From Campylobacterales bacterium (GTDB taxonomy: Bacteria; Campylobacterota; Campylobacteria; Campylobacterales; JAABSR01): a DNA stretch of 63,749 nt. Location of the stretch: NCBI GenBank assembly GCA_011390245.1, contig JAABSR010000001.1, positions 1 through 63,749 of the forward strand, read 5' to 3'. This document shows positions 1 to 14,237 of the stretch, one piece after another. Under the pieces are notes generated by a model. The model was given only the letters and a program-made list of their open reading frames with translations. It was not told where the DNA came from and did not search any database. The position numbers and the translations under genes are program-made. Within the stretch, counting starts at the first letter, position 1, and each line of letters starts with the position of its first letter.

Positions 1-926
1 TTTGGCTGTGCATCTTCAAAGTTTGGTTTTGGCCAATAGTAGTCCACATAACCCTCTCCATCTTTTTTGCACGCTTCAACCATCTCTCTAAAAAGAAATT
101 TATCCCGCTTATCTTTGGTATCGGCTACAGATTTTCCATCAAGTACAGAATTGAAAGGGTGCATTATCATCACATGATCATAATCATTTATCCAAAAGTA
201 GCCATCCTCACCGTATCGAAGATTTTTTACCACATCTTTCGCCTTAGCTTGTAGAGATTCTTGAAGGACACTAAAATACTCTCCCGTCCCGATAATCCAA
301 CCAAAAGGCTCAAATGTAAAAACATAACTAATTTTATCTTCATCTTTTTTTGTTTTTGGGTTTGGCCAGTTGTATGTCACGACACCTGAACCGCTCTTTT
401 TGCAGGTATTTACAAATTCATTGAAAAGATATTTATTGTTTTTATCTTTAAAACCACTCAAATCTTTTCCATCTAGTGCTGGATTTATAGGGTGCATTAT
501 CATATTTGGATAGAAGTCATTTATCCAGAAGTAGCCAATTCCATCATCATATCGATAAGATTTTACATAGTCAATAATAAGATTTTTGAGTGCCTCTTGT
601 GAGAGTTCATCTTTTTTTTGATTGTATAGATTAAGGAGGTTTGATTTGAACTCATCTCCTCTAGTTTTTAGAATCTCACCAATATTTTCAGGCTTAGAAT
701 CGTTATAAAATTTCTCTATAGCTTTAAATGCTATCTCGGTATTTGATCTTAGTTCACTTTTTTTAGAGGCAATAAAATCATTTTTATAGCCCTCTATCAT
801 GTGATTGCCATGTGATCTTGTGTTTTCAAGCGAGACAAATGTTCCAATCAAAGCAACAGTAACAACAGGTATGATAATAAGAAAGATAATTTTTGTTTTT
901 ATACTCACAGAAAGAAATTGTGACAT
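1..926 (-). CDS. Signal-transduction sensor protein, N-terminal part: TM helix plus two tandem Cache-like periplasmic modules. The 3' end lies beyond the window start.
   Basis: Absent from the ORF track because it has no stop in the window. A reverse-strand ATG at 924-926 opens a frame that stays open to position 1: MSQFLSVSIKTKIIFLIIIPVVTVALIG..., followed by two related modules (GYFWINDFYPNMIMHPINPALDGKDL... and GYFWINDYDHVMIMHPFNSVLDGKSV...). This pattern is typical of single-Cache sensor domains of MCPs and kinases. Confidence 0.6.
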   Translation of the reverse strand, partial: MSQFLSVSIKTKIIFLIIIPVVTVALIGTFVSLENTRSHGNHMIEGYKNDFIASKKSELRSNTEIAFKAIEKFYNDSKPENIGEILKTRGDEFKSNLLNLYNQKKDELSQEALKNLIIDYVKSYRYDDGIGYFWINDFYPNMIMHPINPALDGKDLSGFKDKNNKYLFNEFVNTCKKSGSGVVTYNWPNPKTKKDEDKISYVFTFEPFGWIIGTGEYFSVLQESLQAKAKDVVKNLRYGEDGYFWINDYDHVMIMHPFNSVLDGKSVADTKDKRDKFLFREMVEACKKDGEGYVDYYWPKPNFEDAQP

Positions 927-1142
927 TTTGTAACACCTTATTTAAAATATAGGAAAAAATAACCGATTATGGTAACATTATTATCTATATAAAGAGAGGT
1001 TATTTAAAGAAGATCGATCAATATACATCCAAGATGTTACAAATATATACACTCAGATAAGCTCCAATAGATATGAAACTTCACTAGAAGAGGGGATTGA
1101 TGGAGGGTTTAATCTTCTTCTATCACATAAAAACTATCTTTT

Positions 1143-1805
1143 CTAAGATACTCCCCCAAATCTTCTCTCTCTTTTCTTGAACTCTTCTATTATCAAAGAG
1201 AGTTCTTTGCTCCCAAAATCTGGCCAAAGTGTATCGATAAAAAAGAGCTCTGCATAGGCACTTTGGAGAAGTAGAAAGTTTGAAAGTCTCTTCTCTCCAC
1301 CACTTCTTAGCATCAAGTCCACATCTGGAAAATTTGCACTATCTAGTGCTTCTCTAATCCCCTCTTCACTTGGATTTTTTATCTTACTAACCGCTCTAAC
1401 TAGTTCATCCCATGAGCCATAGTTTAATGCCAAAACCTGAACTAGAGAGCTATTCTCTTTTGTTTTCTCTTTTAGGGTAGATATCTGCTTTTGAAGAGAG
1501 CTAGAAAATTTTGATATATCACCTATTGTCTCAAATTTTATATCATTCTCTAGATATAGTTTCTCCTCATTTTTTAGATATTTCTCAAGAAGTTTCATCA
1601 AAAATGTGACTTCACTTTTTGGTCTTTTCCAGTTTTCTGTACTAAAAGCATAAAGAGTTAGATGAGTTATTTCAGTTTTTGCACAAAAAGTTGTGATATC
1701 TCTGACAACCTCTGCACCTGCTTCATGACCAAAACTTCTACTTTTATTGTGCATTTTTGCCCATCTACCATTTCCATCCATTATTATTGCCAAATGTTTT
1801 AACAA
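1143..1805 (-). CDS. uppS: Undecaprenyl diphosphate synthase
   Basis: 220 aa; N-terminal IIMDGNGRWA motif and C-terminal RRFG, typical of cis-prenyltransferases; TTG start. Confidence 0.9.
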   Translation of the reverse strand: MLKHLAIIMDGNGRWAKMHNKSRSFGHEAGAEVVRDITTFCAKTEITHLTLYAFSTENWKRPKSEVTFLMKLLEKYLKNEEKLYLENDIKFETIGDISKFSSSLQKQISTLKEKTKENSSLVQVLALNYGSWDELVRAVSKIKNPSEEGIREALDSANFPDVDLMLRSGGEKRLSNFLLLQSAYAELFFIDTLWPDFGSKELSLIIEEFKKRERRFGGVS

Positions 1806-1809
1806 AATA

Positions 1810-2571
1810 TTATCCTTTTAAATCCAACAGCTTCTCCTCAAACTCATAAAGAGGTTCTACACTTTTTACTAAAAGTACAGAGATCTCATCTACACCGCCA
1901 CAAAATTCAATATTCTCTTCTAGAAGTGCTTTTGTGTTTGAAAAAGGTGTCTTAATCTCTAGCAAAACCTCTTCTTGAGCCAACATCAATCTTCCCTCAA
2001 CTGCACCAAGATTGCAAAATGCTGCATAAAAATCTATTATATCCTCTTGTGTTTTACCCTTTTTTTTTCTCTGTTTTAACTGCAAAAATGAGTCTCTATT
2101 TTCATACTGCATTGGAAAAGAGAGCACATTGTGCTCTAGTGAAAAAAGTATATTTGAAAAAAATAAAAACTCCTCTCTACTTTGAGCTACACTCAATCTC
2201 TCAAGCAAAAAACCCTTGTATGATTCAAGAGGTTTTTTTGATTCTATAAAAAACTCTTGTAAGATTTTGGCATCAAATTTGAGTGGAATATTTTTGAGAT
2301 CAAATATTTTTGGCTGTTTTTGCAGATTTGAGATTATTATCGAACCCACACTACTTTTGCCCATAAAAGCCCAATAGTTTGAGCCTACCTCTAGAGTTGA
2401 TTTTGATTTTACCTCAATTGTAGCATTTCCAACTCTCATAAGATACTTTAGTGGATTAATATTTTGTAAAACTTTTAGAGATATTGGAAGAGTTGCATTA
2501 AACTCTTTTGCTGCATTCATTGTCGCAAGTTGCGAGTAGAGTTTTGCTGCGTAACTTATGTTTTTTATCAT
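1810..2571 (-). CDS. Hypothetical protein between coaBC and uppS
   Basis: 253-aa ORF tightly packed (4-5 nt gaps) in the same-strand operon. No motif recognised. Confidence 0.5.
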   Translation of the reverse strand: MIKNISYAAKLYSQLATMNAAKEFNATLPISLKVLQNINPLKYLMRVGNATIEVKSKSTLEVGSNYWAFMGKSSVGSIIISNLQKQPKIFDLKNIPLKFDAKILQEFFIESKKPLESYKGFLLERLSVAQSREEFLFFSNILFSLEHNVLSFPMQYENRDSFLQLKQRKKKGKTQEDIIDFYAAFCNLGAVEGRLMLAQEEVLLEIKTPFSNTKALLEENIEFCGGVDEISVLLVKSVEPLYEFEEKLLDLKG

Positions 2572-2574
2572 AAA

Positions 2575-6573
<3,999 letters not shown>

Positions 6574-6577
<4 letters not shown>

Positions 6578-7065
6578 ACCAACATCACCAAAAATAGAAT
6601 CTCAATAGCAACATAATAGAGCAAAATCAGTGGAATCTCAGGCAAGTCAAGCCTCAAAACAAGATGTATAGCTATCAAAAATAGGTGATATCCTATATAC
6701 GCATAAAAAACATATATTGGTATAAGACACTTTTTGCAGTTTAAAAAATTCTCAACTTTTGGCACAACAAACCAATAAGAGAGAAGAAAAAACATGACAC
6801 TACTCAACATGAGATAACCCTTGCTCGCCTCAAAAAAGAGCAAAAATATAAAAATAGGGATAGTCAATAGAAATCTTCTCTTCTCTATTAGATTTAAAAA
6901 AATTACAAAAGCTATACCAAAGAGAGGCGGTAGATAGTAGTGTATATCGCTTAATGCTTCATATATAATAATTATTATTAGAAGAGCTGATAGTTTTAAA
7001 ATCTCTTTATAAGAGCTATCTCTTCGCAGATTGGAAAATGTTTGCATCTGATACAGTCCACCCAT
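6574..7065 (-). CDS. Small polytopic membrane protein, possibly MreD-like
   Basis: 163 aa, about 5 hydrophobic helices, 4-nt overlap with the mrdA start. The MreD call rests on position only. Overlaps the upstream GNAT gene by 52-70 nt depending on the start used. Confidence 0.4.
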
Positions 7066-7460
7066 ATTTTAGAATCTGGAATTTGCTCTTTGCTAATTTC
7101 GCTAAATCCCAACTTGTCAAAAAACCCCTTAGCATAGGTTAAAACCAAAATCTCCTCAACTTTTAGCGATTTTGCCTCATTTAGAGCAGATTCTACTATT
7201 TTTGCACCTATGTTTTGGTTTCTATACTCCCCTTTTACTATCAAACTTCTTATTTCTGCTAACTTTATAGTATGAATATGGAGTGCACAAAATCCAACAA
7301 TAAGACCACTTTTATCTTTTGCTACTGTATAAGATCTTATTGCATTTGCCATCTCATCTGAGCTTCTCTCCAAAATCACACCACTTGCGACCTCTGGCAA
7401 TACAAGCTCTTGCATCTTTTTGATATCCAAAAGATTTGGCTTAGAGATTTCAATCTCCAT
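6996..7460 (-). CDS. GNAT-family N-acetyltransferase (short ArgA-like)
   Basis: 154 aa; acetyl-CoA motif A (YRNQNIGAKIVE). Confidence 0.7.
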   Translation of the reverse strand: MEIEISKPNLLDIKKMQELVLPEVASGVILERSSDEMANAIRSYTVAKDKSGLIVGFCALHIHTIKLAEIRSLIVKGEYRNQNIGAKIVESALNEAKSLKVEEILVLTYAKGFFDKLGFSEISKEQIPDSKIWVDCIRCKHFPICEEIALIKRF

Positions 7461-8067
7461 CTATCTCTCCAAGCTCTCCATAAATGTGTGAGTATATCTC
7501 CTCTCTTAGTTTTTGGATAGATTTTTTATCATTTAAACTTACTACGATACTCTCCCTCTCTTTTGCTTCTAGTTTACATAGGTCAGATCTTTTTAGTTTG
7601 TCTGATTTGGTAAAAACCTTTATAATCTTCTGATCTTGATTTTTTATAGAATCTATTAGCCTATTTGCCTCAATATCAATATTTTGATAAGGGTGTCTTG
7701 CATCCATAAGCTGGAGATAGACTTTGATAGAATCTCTGCTCTTTAAAAATTCAAGAAGCGACTTTTGCCACTCCTCTTTTTGAGTTTTTGAAACTTTCGC
7801 ATATCCAAATCCTGGTAAGTCCACGAAAACTGTCCTAAACTTCTCCTCTTTGTTTTTATAGATAATATCAAAAAAGTTTATCAATCTTGTCTTCCCAGGA
7901 GTTGAAGAGCTTTTTGCTAGGGATTTTCTATTTACTAGAGCGTTTATTAGAGAGCTTTTACCGACATTACTCCGCCCTAAAAAAGCAACCTCAGCATAAG
8001 TAGGAGCTATTACATTTTTGTTTGATGTAGCCGAAGCTATAAAATTTGCCTCTACGATATTTAGCAC
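7450..8067 (-). CDS. engB: Ribosome-biogenesis GTPase YihA/EngB
   Basis: 205 aa; G1 GRSNVGKSS, G3 DLPGFGYA, G4 TKSD. Confidence 0.9.
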   Translation of the reverse strand: MLNIVEANFIASATSNKNVIAPTYAEVAFLGRSNVGKSSLINALVNRKSLAKSSSTPGKTRLINFFDIIYKNKEEKFRTVFVDLPGFGYAKVSKTQKEEWQKSLLEFLKSRDSIKVYLQLMDARHPYQNIDIEANRLIDSIKNQDQKIIKVFTKSDKLKRSDLCKLEAKERESIVVSLNDKKSIQKLREEIYSHIYGELGEIDGD

Positions 8068-8069
8068 TT

Positions 8070-8522
8070 CTACTCTTCTATAGAGAAGATAAACTTAACT
8101 GGTTTATCATCTTTTCCATCTACTCTTATTTTGCCACTTTTTCTATCTACAACTATCTTTTCACCTATTACTCTATTTTCACTCTCTTTTTGTGAGATTT
8201 CAGAATCCCCTTGAAATATATAGAGATCATTTAGCACATCATATTCTGCCCTATTGGCTGAACCTAGATATCTCTTTTTTGTAATCTCTATGTCAATTTT
8301 TACTTCACCAATGGCTTCATATTTTGTTGGTTTTTTATCTTTATCAAAATATATTTTTAGCTCTTGGCTGCTTAGTTTATCTTGACCTCTTAAGATCACC
8401 ACATCACCTGAAAAGATAGAGATTCCATCTTTTTCGTTGGCTACAAAGTTTTTAGCACTGATCTCTATTTCATCTTTTGCACTCAAAAGTGTTGCAAATA
8501 TTAAAAAAATGATGTATCTCAT
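8070..8522 (-). CDS. lptA: LPS transport periplasmic protein LptA (OstA-like)
   Basis: 150 aa with signal peptide and a beta-jellyroll-like repeat pattern; sits in kdsC-lptC-lptA order. Confidence 0.7.
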   Translation of the reverse strand: MRYIIFLIFATLLSAKDEIEISAKNFVANEKDGISIFSGDVVILRGQDKLSSQELKIYFDKDKKPTKYEAIGEVKIDIEITKKRYLGSANRAEYDVLNDLYIFQGDSEISQKESENRVIGEKIVVDRKSGKIRVDGKDDKPVKFIFSIEE

Positions 8523-8530
8523 ATTTCCTC

Positions 8531-9073
8531 TTAAAATCTATATTTTATATCTATATTTTTTATCTCAACTTCTGAATTTTTCCTATCAAAAATCATATAA
8601 TCACCTCTAGCGATATACTCTTTTGAGCTAATTGTAAATTTGGAGTTTGTAAAAAATTTGGAGTTTTTTGTATCATAAACACCATTTTCAAATTGAGCTT
8701 TTAGCCCATCCTCTCTGCTATATTTTGCCTCTCCATTTAGATATAAATTGCTATTTTTATACACTAAAGTAGAGGCACTAGCCTCCTCTTTTTGTGAAGA
8801 ATCTCTAAATATCTTAATCTCTTCTGCTACATCCTTGTCCAAAAACCTATAAGCCCTTTTTGCTTCAATCACAAGCTCTACTCTATCCTCTTTGATATTA
8901 TAATATTTTAAATCATCCAAAACCAAAATAGCACTATCTTTTGAAGCATAGCTAAATCTTTCACTTTTAGGGTCTAAAAAAATAGCAAAAAGAAGGCTTA
9001 CTGCAAGGGAGAGAGTAAAAAATAGAGTAGCCCTATTGCCATAACGCAATAAATTGCTCCTCAATATTATCAT
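8531..9073 (-). CDS. LptC-like LPS export protein
   Basis: 180 aa, single N-terminal TM anchor, located between kdsC and lptA. The call is mainly by context. Confidence 0.45.
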   Translation of the reverse strand: MIILRSNLLRYGNRATLFFTLSLAVSLLFAIFLDPKSERFSYASKDSAILVLDDLKYYNIKEDRVELVIEAKRAYRFLDKDVAEEIKIFRDSSQKEEASASTLVYKNSNLYLNGEAKYSREDGLKAQFENGVYDTKNSKFFTNSKFTISSKEYIARGDYMIFDRKNSEVEIKNIDIKYRF

Positions 9074-9527
9074 TTTTTAAAATATACTCAATCATCTCTC
9101 TAATTGCCCCATCGCCGCCATTTTTTGTAAGCATATTTGAAACATAGGGCTTTATTGCATTTGAGCAATCTTTTGGAGCAAATGAGAGCATCGCTACTTT
9201 TAACATTGAGAGATCATTTAAATCATCCCCAACTGCTGCTATTTGACTTAAAGAGAGTCCCTCATTTTTTGCTATCTCTTTTAGCTTAGCACCTTTATCT
9301 TTGCAGTTTTGATAGAGATATGTTACATTTAGCTCTTTTGCCCTTCTCTCTACTATTTTGGATTCTCTTCCAGTTATAAATGCAACCTTTTTCCCCATCT
9401 TAATCCAAGTAGAGATAGCTAGGCCATCTTTTACGCTAAATCCCTTTAGCTCATCTCCACTATCACTATATATGATCTTCCCATCTGTCAAAGTTCCATC
9501 TACATCAATAGCAATTAACTCAATCAT
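9033..9527 (-). CDS. kdsC: 3-deoxy-D-manno-octulosonate 8-phosphate phosphatase (HAD-IIIA)
   Basis: 164 aa; AIDVDGTLTDG HAD motif I, GDDLND motif. Confidence 0.8.
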   Translation of the reverse strand: MIELIAIDVDGTLTDGKIIYSDSGDELKGFSVKDGLAISTWIKMGKKVAFITGRESKIVERRAKELNVTYLYQNCKDKGAKLKEIAKNEGLSLSQIAAVGDDLNDLSMLKVAMLSFAPKDCSNAIKPYVSNMLTKNGGDGAIREMIEYILKNDNIEEQFIALWQ

Positions 9528-10096
9528 AACACACCTTTTGTACTTGGAATCTCTACTCTCTTGTTGTGCTCCAAAGCTCTCCTTAGAGCAACTGCAAATG
9601 CTTTAAAAGCAGCCTCTACAATATGATGTCTATTTTTACCTCTTTTTTTGATGATATGTGTACTAATTCCAGCCCTAAAAACTAAAGCCCTAAAAAACTC
9701 CTCAGTCAGCTCTACATCAAACTCTCCAATCTTTCCATCAACATCTAGCTCTATTTGAAGATATGCTCTATTTGATATATCAAGATCACACTCAATACAA
9801 GCCTCATCCATAACCACAGAGGCGTTGCCAAATCTCTCAATAGAAGATATTGGATATATAGCCTCCCTAAGTGCATCTCCTAACACAATGCCCACATCTT
9901 CTACGCTATGGTGAAAATCTACATGAGTATCGCCGCTACAGTTGAGGTTTATATCTATAAGTGAATGTTTTGAAAAGCTCTCTAGCATATGGTCAAAAAA
10001 CCCTATACCACTATCTATTTTTGACTTTCCACTTCCATATAGCTCTAGCTCTAGCTCTATTTTTGTCTCTTTTGTCTCTCTTCTTTTTTGTATCAA
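9524..10096 (-). CDS. hisB: Imidazoleglycerol-phosphate dehydratase
   Basis: 190 aa; conserved histidine-rich motifs (FFDHML, DFHHSVED, NRHHIVEA). Confidence 0.9.
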   Translation of the reverse strand: MIQKRRETKETKIELELELYGSGKSKIDSGIGFFDHMLESFSKHSLIDINLNCSGDTHVDFHHSVEDVGIVLGDALREAIYPISSIERFGNASVVMDEACIECDLDISNRAYLQIELDVDGKIGEFDVELTEEFFRALVFRAGISTHIIKKRGKNRHHIVEAAFKAFAVALRRALEHNKRVEIPSTKGVL

Positions 10097-11091
10097 TTGC
10101 TCTCCCTGAAGATAAATGCTCCCATGTATTTACTCTTCTCTATGAAGTCTTTTGCTTCATTTTCACTTTTGAACTCTCCAACTAAGACTCTATTTATCTC
10201 TCCATCTTCACTATCATATTTTTTAATCTTTACATCATATCTGTCAATATTCTGCTTTGCTGCAAATCTTTTTGCACCATCTTCAAGCCTAAATGCCCCA
10301 ATTTGCACATAAAAGCCCTCTATCATATATGAATTTACATTTCCATCATCATCTCTAGATCTCTCAATATTTTTATCACTTTCAAAACTATCAGTTGGTA
10401 TCTCTATTGGAGATACTACAGGAGGAGGTGAGAGAGGGATATCTTGTTCGCCTATATCAACTCTACCATCAAGTGCTCCTACGCCACCCTCTCCCATATC
10501 TTGAGTTGTTCTCTCTTTTTTCTCTATCTTATCACCACTTTTATCAACTAGTGTAGATATAGTTCCTTTAAAACCTAAGATTTCTATTTTTACCCTTGCT
10601 GTTCCCTTTTGGACCATATCTATCTCTCTAGCAGATGTATTAGAAAGATCAATAATCCTATCTGCTACAAATGGTCCTCTATCGTTGATTCTGACTACTG
10701 TTACTTTGCCATTTTCTAGATTTTGAACCCTTACCATTGTGTTCATAGGTAGTGTTTTATGTGCAGCTGTTCTTTTGTACATTGAGTAGATTTCACCATT
10801 TGAGGTCTTTTTGCCATGAAATTTTGGTCCATACCAGCTAGCTATACCCTCAAATCTATCGCCTACATTTACCATGGTAGGATAGTACCATTTTCCAAAA
10901 ACCTGATATGGTCTCATGGTAGCTCTATGGATAGCTTCACTATCTCTTATCTCGTTATCTCTATCTACTCTTCCCTCTTCTACTTCAAATTGTGAATACT
11001 CTCTTGTGTCACTCCCAAAAAAAAGCCCAAAACATCCACTAAAGAGAAATGGAACTAAAAGGATAAAGATATATCTAATTAGGTATGACAA
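10093..11091 (-). CDS. rlpA: Septal ring lytic transglycosylase RlpA (DPBB + SPOR)
   Basis: 332 aa; lipoprotein signal (FSGC), DPBB core ASWYGPKFHGKKTSNGEIY, C-terminal SPOR-like domain. Confidence 0.85.
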   Translation of the reverse strand: MSYLIRYIFILLVPFLFSGCFGLFFGSDTREYSQFEVEEGRVDRDNEIRDSEAIHRATMRPYQVFGKWYYPTMVNVGDRFEGIASWYGPKFHGKKTSNGEIYSMYKRTAAHKTLPMNTMVRVQNLENGKVTVVRINDRGPFVADRIIDLSNTSAREIDMVQKGTARVKIEILGFKGTISTLVDKSGDKIEKKERTTQDMGEGGVGALDGRVDIGEQDIPLSPPPVVSPIEIPTDSFESDKNIERSRDDDGNVNSYMIEGFYVQIGAFRLEDGAKRFAAKQNIDRYDVKIKKYDSEDGEINRVLVGEFKSENEAKDFIEKSKYMGAFIFRESN

Positions 11092-12316
11092 TTTTATCTC
11101 CAGGTTGTATAATATTGCTATCTAGATTATTGTATTTTTTTATCTTCTCTACTGAACTTCTAAATTTTCTAGCTATAGAGTAGATTGTATCACCACTTTT
11201 TATTACATAGCTACTATATTTTGTGCCACTTTGCTTGGCTGTTGTTAGTGTCTTTGTTATTGGGATTATTAGCTTTTGGTTTAATCTCAAAAAATTGCTC
11301 TTTAGGTTATTTGTATCTTTTATAAGTCGCCAAGAGACGCCATATCTATTGCCAATTCCACTTAGTGTATCACCGCTCCGTACGATATGCACCTCAAATA
11401 CATTCTCTAGTGAATTTTGAGTATGGGTATAGTTCTCTTTGAAAAATGCAAGCTTCTCATAAGGTACATAGATATCATACTCCTCCACTCTAGGTTGAAT
11501 AAAATCATATCTTAGATGTCTATTATATTTTTTCAAATCATCTATGCTCATATTCATAGACTTTGCTACAGAGCTTAGATGAGTACCGCCCTTTACTTTG
11601 ATAGTAGAGACAGGATATCCAGCACCTCTATTTAGAAAATATCCAAAATCGCTTCCTACCATCAAATCAACTGAGTTAAATGCCATAGAAACTGATAATA
11701 TTTTTCTTATATAATTCCTGCTCTCTCGTGGAATATATCTCTTATTTGTATCAAGCAGTATGCTCAAATCATCACTTCCAGCTCTTTTGATTGCACTATT
11801 TAATCTACCAGGTCCGCAGTTGTAAGCAATAGCAGCTAGATACCATTTGCCATATCTCCCATAAAGATCTTGAAGATAGTTTATAGCTGCCCATGTTGAT
11901 TTTATCGGATCTCTTCTCTCATCCACATAGGTGTTTATTTTCAATCCAAAAAGCCTAGCAGTAGCTGGCATAAATTGCCACAATCCAGCTGCACTTTTTA
12001 TAGAGTATGCTCTTACATTAAACTCAGACTCTACCATTGCTAGATATAAAAATTCAGGTGGGATTCCAGCCTCGCTTATCATATCTTTTAGTATTGGAAC
12101 AAATAGATACCCCTCATCAAACTTCTGAAATAGTCTATCTTTTTGGTATCCTGCTATCACAGATCTTTTCATATCTAGGAAGTTTTTATCATGTATAAAG
12201 TTCTTATCAACATCAAAAGATTTTAGTACTTCTAAGTCTCTATCATTGTAGTTGTATGTAGTCAAAGAGGCATAAAGATTAAATGTTAAAAATATAAATA
12301 TTATTAGCTTTTTCAA
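11075..12316 (-). CDS. Lytic murein transglycosylase with LysM repeats (MltD-like)
   Basis: 413 aa; SLT catalytic region (ESEFN...AAGLWQFM), LysM-like repeats at the C-terminus (GDTLSGIGNRYG, GDTIYSIARKF). Confidence 0.8.
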   Translation of the reverse strand: MKKLIIFIFLTFNLYASLTTYNYNDRDLEVLKSFDVDKNFIHDKNFLDMKRSVIAGYQKDRLFQKFDEGYLFVPILKDMISEAGIPPEFLYLAMVESEFNVRAYSIKSAAGLWQFMPATARLFGLKINTYVDERRDPIKSTWAAINYLQDLYGRYGKWYLAAIAYNCGPGRLNSAIKRAGSDDLSILLDTNKRYIPRESRNYIRKILSVSMAFNSVDLMVGSDFGYFLNRGAGYPVSTIKVKGGTHLSSVAKSMNMSIDDLKKYNRHLRYDFIQPRVEEYDIYVPYEKLAFFKENYTHTQNSLENVFEVHIVRSGDTLSGIGNRYGVSWRLIKDTNNLKSNFLRLNQKLIIPITKTLTTAKQSGTKYSSYVIKSGDTIYSIARKFRSSVEKIKKYNNLDSNIIQPGDKIVIPN

Positions 12317-12378
12317 GTCGCTATCCTATAAACATGAGTATTTCATTTTAAAGCTTTAATCCTAGCTTAAATTGGCTT

Positions 12379-13155
12379 TTATATCTCTTTAAAGACTTTT
12401 TTTGCATTTTTTGTGCTTATCCTTGCCACCTCATCATAGCTCTTATCTAAAATCTCACAAATCTTCTCTATGATCAAAGTGGTATATTTTGGCTCATTCC
12501 TCTCTCCCCTATGAGGATGAGGTGTTAGAAATGGAGAATCTGTCTCAACCACAACTCTATCTAGTGGAATCTTTGGCAAAACATTTACAATTTTTTTGGC
12601 ATTTTTAAATGTCAAAACTCCACCTATTCCAAAATAGAAGTCATCTTTTGCTAAAGAGAGAAGCTCCTCATCTGCGTTGTAACAGTGTAAAATACCGCCT
12701 ACTTTTTTTGCTTCATATTTTATTAGCATCTCTTTGCTATCTCTACTTGCATCTCTTATATGCACTATTAGAGGTTTACTATATTTTTTTGCTATCTCTA
12801 TTTGCTTGAAAAAGACCTCTTTTTGGATTCTTTTTTCTTTATCTATCTCCTCTTCATCTTTTGGAAGCCTATAGTAATCAAGTCCACATTCACCAACTGC
12901 TACACATTTTGGGTGGTTTAGATTCTCTTCAAAAAGCTCACTACTAAAGTTTCTGGCATCACTTGGATGGATTCCAACTGCAAAATAGACATTTTCATAC
13001 CTTTGACTTATCTCTATGGCTCTTTTTAGTGTTTTTGGATTTGCTCCTGGTATTATAAACTTCTCTACTCCATTTTTATTTGCATTCAAAAGGACATCAT
13101 CCAAGTCCTCTTCAAAGCTATCAAAATCAAGATGACAGTGCGTATCAATAATCAA
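12379..13155 (-). CDS. tatD: TatD-family metal-dependent hydrolase
   Basis: 258 aa; IDTHCHLD metal-binding start motif and conserved GECGLDY. Confidence 0.85.
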   Translation of the reverse strand: MIIDTHCHLDFDSFEEDLDDVLLNANKNGVEKFIIPGANPKTLKRAIEISQRYENVYFAVGIHPSDARNFSSELFEENLNHPKCVAVGECGLDYYRLPKDEEEIDKEKRIQKEVFFKQIEIAKKYSKPLIVHIRDASRDSKEMLIKYEAKKVGGILHCYNADEELLSLAKDDFYFGIGGVLTFKNAKKIVNVLPKIPLDRVVVETDSPFLTPHPHRGERNEPKYTTLIIEKICEILDKSYDEVARISTKNAKKVFKEI

Positions 13156-13157
13156 AA

Positions 13158-13403
13158 CTACCTCTCTTTATTTAAAGATATAATCCTCTGTTCGTAAGTA
13201 AAATTTATATCCTCTAGCTCTTCTGAATGTTTTCTTATAGCCTCTTTTGCATCCTCTACAATCTCTTGTAGTACTAGATGAGACTTTGGGGTCTTCTTTT
13301 CACTCTTAAGAGTTGCTATTTTGTTTTCAAGCAATTTTAATTCTTTCATGTAGAGATCTATCTCTATCTCTATCTCAGCAATTTTTGAGCCAAATATTTC
13401 CAC
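13158..13403 (-). CDS. Small coiled-coil hypothetical protein
   Basis: 81-aa ORF, 2 nt upstream of tatD on the same strand; heptad-like charged sequence, no motif. Confidence 0.4.
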   Translation of the reverse strand: MEIFGSKIAEIEIEIDLYMKELKLLENKIATLKSEKKTPKSHLVLQEIVEDAKEAIRKHSEELEDINFTYEQRIISLNKER

Positions 13404-13503
13404 TTTCTTATCTCTTTATATAATTTTTTTAGATTTTATCAAAAAATGATTGGTTAAGAGATTAGCTTTTTGATACAATTTAGAAAAATATTTAGAGGAA
13501 GCT

Positions 13504-14115
13504 ATGTTTACAGGACTTATTAGAGAATTTGGAAAAGTAGAAAAATTTGAGAACTCAAGACTTAAAATCTCATGCAAACATAGAGCAAATGTTGGGGATT
13601 CTATAGCTATAAATGGAGCATGTCTAAGTGCTACTAAAATCTTTAGTGATGGTTTTGAGGTTGAGTTAAGCAGTGAGAGCAAAGATATAGTAGCGATTGA
13701 AAATATAAAAAATCTAGTCCATATTGAGCCAGCCATGAGACTTAGTGATAGAGTTGAGGGGCATCTAATTCAAGGGCACATAGATTGTGTTGGCAAAATC
13801 TCGAAAATAGAAAAAAGAGGTGTAGGAGTTGATTTTTATATAGAGATTCCAAAAGAGCATAGAAGGTTTATGATCCCAAAAGGGAGTGTGGCAATTGATG
13901 GTGTTAGCCTAACAATAAATGAACTTTTGGCTGATTGTATAAGATTGACAATCATTCCTCTTACTCTAAAATCTACTCTTTTTGATGACTACAAGGTAGG
14001 AAGAAGGGTAAATATTGAAAGCGATATGATAACTAGAAGTATCTACTATCTTTTCAAAGAAAACAAAGAATCTATAAAGTGGGAAGATATAGATAAAATG
14101 AGTGCACTCTATTGA
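13504..14115 (+). CDS. ribE: Riboflavin synthase alpha chain
   Basis: 203 aa; MFTGLI start and internally duplicated lumazine-binding repeats (SIAINGACLS / SVAIDGVSLT). Confidence 0.9.
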   Translation: MFTGLIREFGKVEKFENSRLKISCKHRANVGDSIAINGACLSATKIFSDGFEVELSSESKDIVAIENIKNLVHIEPAMRLSDRVEGHLIQGHIDCVGKISKIEKRGVGVDFYIEIPKEHRRFMIPKGSVAIDGVSLTINELLADCIRLTIIPLTLKSTLFDDYKVGRRVNIESDMITRSIYYLFKENKESIKWEDIDKMSALY

Positions 14116-14146
14116 AATACTCTGGCACAAATATACATAAAAACTT

Positions 14147-14237
14147 CAGAGTGTTTCATAAAAGGGCGGTTTACTGCCCGTGGGCACTCTGCCAAAGAGA
14201 ACCCAGTGTTAGCGTAGCTTTGTTGAGCTTTGCTCAA
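14147..14237 (+). other. GC-enriched intergenic element with nested hairpins (candidate structured RNA or leader)
   Basis: CAGAGTG (14147-14153) pairs with CACTCTG (14185-14191) and encloses the hairpin GGGCGG-TTTA-CTGCCC (14164-14179). A further hairpin is TTGAGC-TTT-GCTCAA (14223-14237). GC looks clearly higher than in other intergenic DNA here. No known family recognised. Confidence 0.25.
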
